DNA of 13,586 bases from Terrimicrobiaceae bacterium (GTDB taxonomy: Bacteria > Verrucomicrobiota > Verrucomicrobiia > Chthoniobacterales > Terrimicrobiaceae). Positions 6,891-13,586 of this stretch are shown here, one piece after another (the stretch's first letter is position 1; the number at the start of each line of letters is the position of its first letter). Made by a program: the position numbers and the translations under genes. The stretch covers positions 1 to 13,586 of the forward strand of contig JBIIPZ010000059.1 in NCBI GenBank assembly GCA_044342325.1, in the 5' to 3' direction. The notes under the pieces were generated by a model. That model was not told the origin of the DNA. It did not search any database and was given only the letters and a program-made list of their open reading frames with translations.

Positions 6891-6896
6891 TAAACT
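6891..6896 (+). promoter_or_regulatory. Putative -10 element (TAAACT) for the Gld-like ABC operon
   Basis: TAAACT lies 9 nt upstream of ATG 6906 in a 60-bp intergenic gap, with no Shine-Dalgarno. Confidence 0.4.
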
Positions 6897-6905
6897 GACA
6901 GTTCC

Positions 6906-7844
6906 ATGATCAAGGTCGAAAAACTCACAAAGCGCTTCGGTGGATTTACCGCTGTGAATGGCATCGATTTTGAGGTGCAAAAGGGCGAGATCGTGGGATT
7001 TCTCGGACCAAACGGGGCGGGCAAAAGCACAACGATGCGGATGCTTTCAGGCTTCCTTCCCCCCACCTCTGGAAAAGCAGAGGTCGCTGGATTCGATGTG
7101 TTTGCCGACTCGCTTCGCGCCCGGGAGCACATTGGCTACATGCCGGAAAATGTCCCGCTTTACACCGACATGAGGGTTCATGAGTTCCTTCGTTACCGTG
7201 CGGCGCTCAAGGGGGTTCCCGGCCGCCGCCTCAAGGAACGCGTCGGCGATGTGCTCGAGCTTTGCGGGCTGAAGGATGTGGAAAAAAAGATCATCGGCAA
7301 CCTGTCCAAAGGCTATCGGCAACGCGTGGGGTTGGCAGACGCCATGAGCCACGAACCAGACCTCCTGATTCTCGACGAGCCAACCATCGGATTGGACCCG
7401 AATCAAATACGCCTTGTTCGCGACTTGATTCGCAATCTACGCCGCCACCATACGATCCTTCTTTCGACCCACATTCTCCCCGAGGTGGAGATGCTTTGCT
7501 CGCGCGTCATCATCATCAACAAAGGCCGCATCGAAGCATTGGACACGCCTCAAAATCTCCGCGCTCACTTGGGACAAGCTGGACACATTCTTTTCGATGC
7601 CATCGTGCCGGATGCCCAAGCGGCGGCATCCGCTCTCCGTGCACTCGAATCCGTGCAAAGCGTGTCACACCGGGCGGATGGCGAGTGGACTGTGTTCACC
7701 ATCCATCCAGCAACAGACCACGATCCCCGAGAATCGCTCTACCGGCATGCGGTGGACAATAAATGGAGGATTCGCGAGATAAGCCGTCCACCGGTTTCAT
7801 TGGAGCAAGTTTTTGCCGAAGTCACAGGAGGAGAGGAAATCTGA
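6906..7844 (+). CDS. ABC-2-type ATP-binding protein, GldA-like, 312 aa
   Basis: [24 protein letters not shown], signature LSKGYRQRVG, LILDEPTIGLDP, STHILPEV and C-terminal SLEQVF. Confidence 0.92.
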   Translation: MIKVEKLTKRFGGFTAVNGIDFEVQKGEIVGFLGPNGAGKSTTMRMLSGFLPPTSGKAEVAGFDVFADSLRAREHIGYMPENVPLYTDMRVHEFLRYRAALKGVPGRRLKERVGDVLELCGLKDVEKKIIGNLSKGYRQRVGLADAMSHEPDLLILDEPTIGLDPNQIRLVRDLIRNLRRHHTILLSTHILPEVEMLCSRVIIINKGRIEALDTPQNLRAHLGQAGHILFDAIVPDAQAAASALRALESVQSVSHRADGEWTVFTIHPATDHDPRESLYRHAVDNKWRIREISRPPVSLEQVFAEVTGGEEI

Positions 7845-7848
7845 GGCT

Positions 7849-8604
7849 ATGAGAAAGTTTTTGATCTTATTCGGACGCGAGGTTTCCAGCGCTTTTCACC
7901 AGCCTCTGGCCTATGTCGTGCTGTTTTTCTTCCTCATCGTAACAGGCTTCAATTTCCAAGCGGGTGTCACACTCCTCAACACCGGGGCGGGAACGGTCAC
8001 GATGGTGCAGGCGTTTTTCAACACCGTCTATTTCTGGTTTCCCTTCGTGCTGGTTTTTCCGCTCATCACCATGAGGGTTTTCGCCGAGGAGGCAAAAATG
8101 GGAACGATCGAAACGCTCATGACAGCGCCAGTGAAGGATTCTCAAGTCGTCTTGGCCAAATACGCCGGATGTTTGTTTTTTTACCTCATCCTCTGGGCGC
8201 CCAGCCTCATTTACTTCGTTGTTTTTCAGGAAATCACCGGAGTGAAGGCCGCCGGTGCGGTAGGAAGCTATGTCGGAGCCTACGGCATGCTCGTTCTCAT
8301 GGGGCTTCTTTTCACAGCTATTGGCTGCCTGGCCTCTGCCCTCACGGATAATCAGATCGTGGCTGCCATTATTTCCTTCGCGGCGATTCTGGGGTTCTTT
8401 TTTCTGGGACTCCTTTCGTTTCTTTTGCCGTCCACAGGCACATTTCTGCGCGAGTTGACCTATTACCTTTCGCCCGTTGAACACATGATGGATTTTTCGC
8501 AGGGGCTTTTCGACACGAGGCCAGTGGTTTTTTACATCAGCTCGACCCTTTTGGTCCTCTTCGCAACCTTCCACATTTTTCAATACCGCCGCTGGAAATC
8601 ATGA
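7849..8604 (+). CDS. ABC-2-type permease, GldF-like, 251 aa
   Basis: RE..F.QPLAYV, PLITMRVFAEEAKMGTIETLMTAPV, ASALTDNQIVAA and HMMDFSQGLFD, with about 6 TM segments. Start set at ATG 7849. Confidence 0.9.
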   Translation: MRKFLILFGREVSSAFHQPLAYVVLFFFLIVTGFNFQAGVTLLNTGAGTVTMVQAFFNTVYFWFPFVLVFPLITMRVFAEEAKMGTIETLMTAPVKDSQVVLAKYAGCLFFYLILWAPSLIYFVVFQEITGVKAAGAVGSYVGAYGMLVLMGLLFTAIGCLASALTDNQIVAAIISFAAILGFFFLGLLSFLLPSTGTFLRELTYYLSPVEHMMDFSQGLFDTRPVVFYISSTLLVLFATFHIFQYRRWKS

Positions 8605-10064
8605 AGCCCCCGCGCACTGGAATCAAAGTCAGTATCGGCCTGCAAATTGTGGCCGTGCTGGTGATTTATGCCTTGGTGAACTACCTTAGTTTCTTGCACT
8701 ATGAGCGCAGGGATTTCTCCCGCTCGCAAAAGTTTTCTCTCGCCGGGCAGACCCGTGCAGTGCTGAAAGAATTCAAAAAACCGCTCGAGGTCATCATCAT
8801 TTCCTCACCCACCTTTCTATCGCCGGTGAGCCAGATTTTCGGAGACCTGCGAAGTCTCATGAACGAGGTTCTTTTTAACAAACGCGAGGGCTTGAGAATC
8901 GAGTATGTGGATCCGACGCGGAATCTCTCGCGCATTCAGGATTTGCAGGCGAAATACAAGCTCACCAGTTTGGATAACCTCATCATTCTCGACTACGAGG
9001 GGCGGCACCGCCTTTTGAATATCGCCGAGATGGGAGACTTCGACCTCACTCCCCTCGCCCAAGGCGGGCAACCGGTTCTGCTCGCTTTCCGTGGCGAGCA
9101 AGTGCTCACAAGCGCGCTTCTGGCTATCCTCAAGCCGGATTCCGAAACCGTTTATTTCCTGACAGGCCATGGGGAGCCGTCTGCCGATCGAGACCTCTCG
9201 AATCTCTCCGAGGCCATCAGCCAGCAGAATGCCGTCGTCAAAACCCTCTCCTTGTCATCCGCCGACGAGATACCGCCTGACGCGTCCGCGCTGATCCTAG
9301 TGGCTCCGAAATCAGACCTCGACGAACGCGAGGCGGCAGTCATCGGGGCATGGTTGAGAAAGGGCGGTAAAATGCTCGTCCTACTCGACCCCAACAGTGC
9401 CACCCCTCGCCTGCACGCGTTGCTGGCGAATTCGGGCATCATTCCCCGCGACGACCGCGTGTTGCGATTGATCCAGCTTCCCTTGGCCACTGGAATCCTG
9501 CGCGATGTCACGGCCCATGTTTTGCCGAATGCCGAGGTAACTCGCCGCCTCGAAGGCATGAACATTCTTTTCCCTGGAGCCACGCAGTCCCTCGGGTTCG
9601 ACCAACCCCTCGCCCAGCAGGAAAAAATCCGCATCCGCCCGCTTGTGGAAGCCGCCGAAGAGTTCTGGGGAGAAACCGCCTACCTCCCGAATCAACCCGG
9701 AGGCGTGGCCTACCAAGACGGGATCGACAACGGCCAACCGCTCATCATCGGAGCCTCCGCAGACCGCGATGCCGTGGAGAACGACCGTGTCGGTATTCAA
9801 AGCTCCCGCCTCATCGTCATGGGATCATCCCAATTCGCCTTCGATGCCGGACTCAGTCGGCCAGGTCTCGACCTCATTGTTGGCTGTGTGAATTCACTCA
9901 TCGACCGTGGCAGCGTCAGCGGCATCACTCCTAAAAACGCAACCCGCTTTGCGCTCCAACTCACCGACATTCAGCTCTCGCGTCTCGCGCTGTTGGTGAT
10001 AGTCGGCATCCCAGCCCTGGCTGCAGTTTTAGGGCTTTTGGTTTGGTTAAGACGCCGCGCATGA
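8601..10064 (+). CDS. GldG-like ABC auxiliary protein (ABC_transp_aux/GIFT domain), 487 aa
   Basis: N-terminal TM, DFSRSQKFSL, EYVDP, YFLTGHGE, APKSDL, GGKMLVLLDP, and a C-terminal TM followed by WLRRRA. ATGA overlap with the permease. Confidence 0.88.
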   Translation: MKPPRTGIKVSIGLQIVAVLVIYALVNYLSFLHYERRDFSRSQKFSLAGQTRAVLKEFKKPLEVIIISSPTFLSPVSQIFGDLRSLMNEVLFNKREGLRIEYVDPTRNLSRIQDLQAKYKLTSLDNLIILDYEGRHRLLNIAEMGDFDLTPLAQGGQPVLLAFRGEQVLTSALLAILKPDSETVYFLTGHGEPSADRDLSNLSEAISQQNAVVKTLSLSSADEIPPDASALILVAPKSDLDEREAAVIGAWLRKGGKMLVLLDPNSATPRLHALLANSGIIPRDDRVLRLIQLPLATGILRDVTAHVLPNAEVTRRLEGMNILFPGATQSLGFDQPLAQQEKIRIRPLVEAAEEFWGETAYLPNQPGGVAYQDGIDNGQPLIIGASADRDAVENDRVGIQSSRLIVMGSSQFAFDAGLSRPGLDLIVGCVNSLIDRGSVSGITPKNATRFALQLTDIQLSRLALLVIVGIPALAAVLGLLVWLRRRA

Positions 10065-11386
10065 GCCGAATTTCGACCATCCTTCTCCTGCTCACCGCCA
10101 TTGGACTTGCGGTATTTGTTGGAACAACACACCGCTGGCGTTTCTCCACAGAGCGCGTCATCCAACCTGGCTCCGCCTTGTTTCAATTCGACCCGGAGGA
10201 CATCTCCGGCATCAGCATCAAAAACGGCGATCAATCCTTCCGCATCCAACGCTCGAACGATGGCTGGCATCTTACGAAAGGTCTGGAGGACACGGCTTCC
10301 CCGGAGGCCATCAATGCGCTCATCCAAACCGCACTGGAGACTCCCGTTCTCGACCGCATCGATGCCACGGAAATCCGGGATGATAAAAACCTCGCCGGCT
10401 ACGGAGTTCTCAAGAGCAGCCTGCAAATTGACTTCAAAGGCGACCTGCCTCGCTCCCTGCTCATTGGAAAGACAAGCCCCGACGGCAGCCGCCAGTATGT
10501 CTCTTTTGAGAATTCCAAAACCGTTTATCTTATCCCAAAAGACATCGTTCGCCTCATCACGCTCCCGATCGAAAAATACCGTGACCGGCGACTTCTGCCG
10601 CTCGATCCCGCCCAGATCGAACGCATTGTTTTCCGCAAAGGCAACTCCAGCCTTGAACTGGAGCGCGAGGCAGATGGTTGGAAAATCCTCCGTCCCTTGA
10701 CCGCTCCGGCAGATGACGCCGCGGTGGATGAAATGCTCTCGAAAATCCACGCCCTGCGGCTCGAGAACTTCGGGCTTGAGATCAAGCCCGAGTCGTCAGG
10801 AGATTCCCGCATCGACTCCTCTGCGGAAGCAGAATTTTTTACCAACGCGAATGAGGCACCTCATGCGATAAGGATTTCAAAACCCACTGCGGATGGATCC
10901 GCAACAGTCCGCTTGGACCCGAGAAAGATCAGCGGCACGGTTTCAGGCAATGCCGCCACCCTCATTGCACCCGACCTCGAAAGCCTCCGCGACACAGCGC
11001 TCTTCCGGATCAATCTCGACCTCGTCGATGTCATCCGAATCCAAAACAACGATGCCCAGCGCGACATCACTCGCACCCGCGAAGGTTGGTCCGACAACGC
11101 TCCAAACATAGGAGATATCGCAAAAACGCTGGCTCGCACGAAGGTCGTGAACCGTCTTCCCGCCACGCCCTCCGAGCTTGAAAAATGCGGGCTCGGCACG
11201 CCTCAAAAACGAATCACCTTCCTTGCCAAGCTGTCTGAAAACACACCGGAAGCCACCGCCGGAGAGCATGTGGTAGCCAGTCTTGCCATCGGAACCCCGC
11301 TCACCGATGGACGCCTTCCCATCCAGATCGACGGAACTCCCGAAATCCGCCTCGTGCCCGCCGAACTGCTCGAGTTCTTGCCTTAG
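10061..11386 (+). CDS. DUF4340-like membrane-anchored periplasmic protein, 441 aa
   Basis: Single N-terminal TM followed by repeated units (I..I.I....F.I.R...GW / LELER..DGWKI..P / LAGYG, LEKCGL..P), and KYRDRRLL / SLRDTALF linkers. Usual fourth gene of gldAFG-like operons. ATG 10061 overlaps the upstream TGA. Confidence 0.8.
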   Translation: MSRISTILLLLTAIGLAVFVGTTHRWRFSTERVIQPGSALFQFDPEDISGISIKNGDQSFRIQRSNDGWHLTKGLEDTASPEAINALIQTALETPVLDRIDATEIRDDKNLAGYGVLKSSLQIDFKGDLPRSLLIGKTSPDGSRQYVSFENSKTVYLIPKDIVRLITLPIEKYRDRRLLPLDPAQIERIVFRKGNSSLELEREADGWKILRPLTAPADDAAVDEMLSKIHALRLENFGLEIKPESSGDSRIDSSAEAEFFTNANEAPHAIRISKPTADGSATVRLDPRKISGTVSGNAATLIAPDLESLRDTALFRINLDLVDVIRIQNNDAQRDITRTREGWSDNAPNIGDIAKTLARTKVVNRLPATPSELEKCGLGTPQKRITFLAKLSENTPEATAGEHVVASLAIGTPLTDGRLPIQIDGTPEIRLVPAELLEFLP

Positions 11387-12078
11387 GCTGCAATCTCCGC
11401 TGCCGCCGGGGCATCTGCCAAAAGAGTGACATTGGCCTGCTCAATCGGCCCTGCAGGAATGCCAGCATCCCCCGCGAGCAGGCGGGGCAACATGGGCGAC
11501 TTCTCCGCGCCAGTCACAACCCAAAGGATGTGGCGACTGCGATTCAAGATGGGATACGTGAGAGTCATACGACGACGGTTTTGATAAACACCCGTCAGCG
11601 CCACTTCAGCGTCATGCACATGGCATACCGCGTCGCCGGGAATAAGCGATGCCGTGTGTCCATCAGGCCCAAGACCAAGGTGGGCCAGGTCGATGACCGC
11701 AGGATTTCCACAAATACTATTAATCAACGCCGTATAATCACGGCAGGCTTGATCCAAATCCCCAGACTCCACCGGCATCGCATGAATCTGATTTTCCGGA
11801 ATCGGAGCATGGGAAAGAAGACTCTCGCGCAGATGCGTCAAGTTGCGGTCTTTATCCCCCGCCGGAGCGATTCGCTCGTCCACTTGCACCACATGCACAT
11901 TCGCCCAAGGCATTTCCTCATTGGCAAGAGCCCGCAGCATCTGCCAAGGCGTGCGCCCCCCACTCACAGCCATCACAAACCGTCCACGAGCCGCCACAGC
12001 CGCGCGGGCATCGGAGGCAATAATCTGAGCGGCACGCGCCGCGACATCTTCAGAAGTGCTGAGAATTTCCTTTTTCAT
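11383..12078 (-). CDS. pgl: 6-phosphogluconolactonase (DevB/NagB-like fold), 231 aa
   Basis: Motifs AVSGGRTP, VDERIAP, LGLGPDGHTASL, RMTLTYP and VTGAEK. Confidence 0.92.
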   Translation of the reverse strand: MKKEILSTSEDVAARAAQIIASDARAAVAARGRFVMAVSGGRTPWQMLRALANEEMPWANVHVVQVDERIAPAGDKDRNLTHLRESLLSHAPIPENQIHAMPVESGDLDQACRDYTALINSICGNPAVIDLAHLGLGPDGHTASLIPGDAVCHVHDAEVALTGVYQNRRRMTLTYPILNRSRHILWVVTGAEKSPMLPRLLAGDAGIPAGPIEQANVTLLADAPAAAEIAA

Positions 12079-12090
12079 ATTTGAACGCGG

Positions 12091-12118
12091 AGGCTACCGA
12101 TTTTTTAAAAAACAACAA
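12091..12118 (-). promoter_or_regulatory. Putative pgl promoter (TTGTTG-N16-TAGCCT)
   Basis: Minus-strand TTGTTG (12113-12118), a spacer containing T6A6, and TAGCCT (12091-12096), 12 nt before the ATG. Confidence 0.4.
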
Positions 12119-12222
12119 CGCGGGAAAATCGTCTCGGACGATGGCGCTCCGAAATTTTAACGGACGACGCGGAACCCGCCACCGATGCAGCGCAACTGTC
12201 CGCTTGGAAAGGCAAAATCGGA

Positions 12223-12615
12223 TTAGTTTTTGCTGGTGATAAAATGCAGGAAGTGGCGGCGTGCGGCAACCAGTTGGATCAGGCCCAACACAGATACAAG
12301 CAAGACGGGAGGCTGAAGCAATGCCGTGGGACCAAAGAAAAAGAAATTGAAGGCGGCGATGTTCACAATGATTGGGCCCAAAATCAGTAGACCGAGATGA
12401 CGAGTTCTGGGAATCGCTACGAGAAGTCCGCCGAGGATTTCGAGAACTTTGACAAAGGCCAAGAAACCACAGAGGAACATTCCGCCCATAAACATAGCGG
12501 CCGGCGAGCCCTCCGGAGGCTTGGGTATGGCGATGAACTTCAGGAAGAAATTCAGCCCGAATACGATAAAAACGAAGCCCAAAAGGCAGGCAGTGAAGTT
12601 GTAGATGTGTTTCAT
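12223..12615 (-). CDS. DoxX-like membrane protein, 130 aa
   Basis: Four hydrophobic segments with LLGFVFIVFGLNFF, VKVLEILGGLL and LGPIIVNI. It lies directly downstream of pirin, a common pairing. Confidence 0.8.
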   Translation of the reverse strand: MKHIYNFTACLLGFVFIVFGLNFFLKFIAIPKPPEGSPAAMFMGGMFLCGFLAFVKVLEILGGLLVAIPRTRHLGLLILGPIIVNIAAFNFFFFGPTALLQPPVLLVSVLGLIQLVAARRHFLHFITSKN

Positions 12616-12630
12616 GGATTTGGTTGGTGT

Positions 12631-13353
12631 TTAGTGGAGATCAAAAAGAAGGGCATTGGTCCTCGAGTTGGCAGTCAGTGTCAAAGTCCCAGAAACTTCC
12701 GTGGCTACGGCATCCCCTGTGGCGAGTGTGATGCCGTTCACTACAACCGAACCCTCAGCAATCTGAAGCCATATGCCGCGCCCTTCGCGGACTTCGTGTT
12801 GCAGCGACTGCCCCGGCTCGAGGAGGATACGGTAAATTTCGGCATCCTGCTGAATGCATGCGGAGCCCTCGCGGCCATCAGGAGAAATGACCAAAACCTT
12901 GGGATCATCGGCATTTTGGGTCGAGGGATGCCACTCCATGTAGGAGGGCTTGAGACCTTGCTCGCGGGGTTGAATCCAGATTTGCAGGAAGTGTGCGGGC
13001 TCGGTGGCGGATGGATTGAACTCGCTGTGCCGCACGCCCGTTCCGGCGCTCATGAGCTGAATCTGCCCAGGCTGGAGGATGCGTTCATTGCCGAGGCTAT
13101 CGCGGTGTGCCAGCGCCCCTTCCAAGACATAGCTAAAAATTTCCATGTCGCGGTGAGGATGCTCGGGAAAACCTCGGCCAGCTGCGACGATGTCATCATT
13201 GATCACCCGCAGGCTTCGGAAGCCCATGTGTGAGGGATCGTGGTAATCCGCGAAACTGAATGTATGGCGACTGCAAAGCCAACCGTGATCGGCCAAGCCG
13301 CGCTCCGATGCACGGCGCACGGTGATTTCGGATGTTGCGACCTGTCTTTCCAT
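12631..13353 (-). CDS. Pirin-family bicupin protein (YhhW-like), 240 aa
   Basis: ERG.ADHGWL.SRHTFSFADY, LRVINDD, GFPEHPHRDMEI, MSAGTGVRHSEFN and LQIWI. The His-His-His-Glu metal set is intact. Confidence 0.95.
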   Translation of the reverse strand: MERQVATSEITVRRASERGLADHGWLCSRHTFSFADYHDPSHMGFRSLRVINDDIVAAGRGFPEHPHRDMEIFSYVLEGALAHRDSLGNERILQPGQIQLMSAGTGVRHSEFNPSATEPAHFLQIWIQPREQGLKPSYMEWHPSTQNADDPKVLVISPDGREGSACIQQDAEIYRILLEPGQSLQHEVREGRGIWLQIAEGSVVVNGITLATGDAVATEVSGTLTLTANSRTNALLFDLH

Positions 13354-13359
13354 GTGGTC

Positions 13360-13399
13360 AGACTACGGAGATGCAGATTCAGAGGAAACACTTGTTTCC
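13360..13399 (-). promoter_or_regulatory. Leaderless-type pirin promoter (-10 TAGTCT, 13360-13365) with inverted repeat GGAAACA-CT-TGTTTCC (13384-13399) over the -35 region
   Basis: The minus strand reads TAGTCT-GACCAC-ATG. A perfect 7-2-7 inverted repeat begins 18 nt upstream of the -10 element. Confidence 0.5.
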
Positions 13400-13484
13400 A
13401 GAAGATTTCTCAGCCGAATGTGAGCGCATAGGAATGACGTCGACTGCATATAATGAGTCTTTCTTCCTACTCGGGGGTAGGCGC

Positions 13485-13586
13485 ATGGCGAAGCTGTTCA
13501 TTTTATTGCCGAACATCCGCGATGCTCGATCAGCACTTGCTTTCGGCGTGGCGCCTGCAAACGCAAGAGGTATGACAAGAACACCG
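13485..13586 (+). CDS. Possible 5' end of a divergent gene running off the window (start ATG 13485 or in-frame ATG 13572)
   Basis: The frame is open from 13485 to the window end (MAKLFILLPN...GMTRTP). AGAGG directly precedes ATG 13572 and GGGGGTAGG precedes 13485. Too short to identify. Confidence 0.3.
   Translation, partial: MAKLFILLPNIRDARSALAFGVAPANARGMTRTP

Noticed and set aside
195..10060. ORF-track upstream starts (195, 1709, 2560, 2859, 3791, 7813, 10043)
   Set aside because: The extensions overlap neighbours or regulatory DNA. Downstream ATGs (240, 1628, 2296, 2955, 3854, 7849, 10061) fit family N-termini, signal peptides or ATGA coupling.
5775..10750. Long antisense or alternate-frame ORFs (5783-6643, 5775-6365, 7867-8583, 9971-10750 and others)
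   Set aside because: They overlap confidently assigned genes, are expected in GC-rich DNA and show no family signatures.
12131..12175. Two GGACGA motifs resembling guanidine-II/III riboswitch loops
   Set aside because: The flanks do not form the required stems, and there is no downstream plus-strand gene to regulate.
12397..13233. 278-aa plus-strand ORF antisense to pirin/DoxX
   Set aside because: Shadow of well-supported minus-strand genes, with no recognisable motifs.
13429..13470. GGAATGA..TAATGA..CCTAC resembling a fluoride riboswitch
   Set aside because: The P1 stem and pseudoknot complementarity of the crcB motif are not present.

Overview
This is a gene-dense bacterial window of moderately high GC. 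Gene content and initiation signals suggest a PVC-superphylum organism, probably Verrucomicrobiota (inference). In order: class II fructose-bisphosphate aldolase (fbaA) with an intrinsic terminator; a convergent, translationally coupled minus-strand operon (DUF2062-like membrane protein, degenerate CruF-like membrane protein, 83-aa hypothetical); a divergent promoter region with a perfect, loop-less 36-bp palindrome; a troABCD/ytgABCD-type Mn/Fe/Zn ABC importer whose first permease is fused to a C-terminal DtxR/MntR-family repressor (YtgCR architecture, atypical metal ligands); a GldA/GldF/GldG-like ABC system plus a DUF4340-like protein; and, on the minus strand, pirin, a DoxX-like protein and pgl. 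I saw no mobile elements, CRISPR arrays, tRNAs or rRNAs. The best candidate for a little-described system is the permease-repressor fusion together with the 36-bp palindrome as its possible operator. Several start codons were moved downstream of the ORF-track starts. All family assignments come from motif recognition by eye, not database searches.
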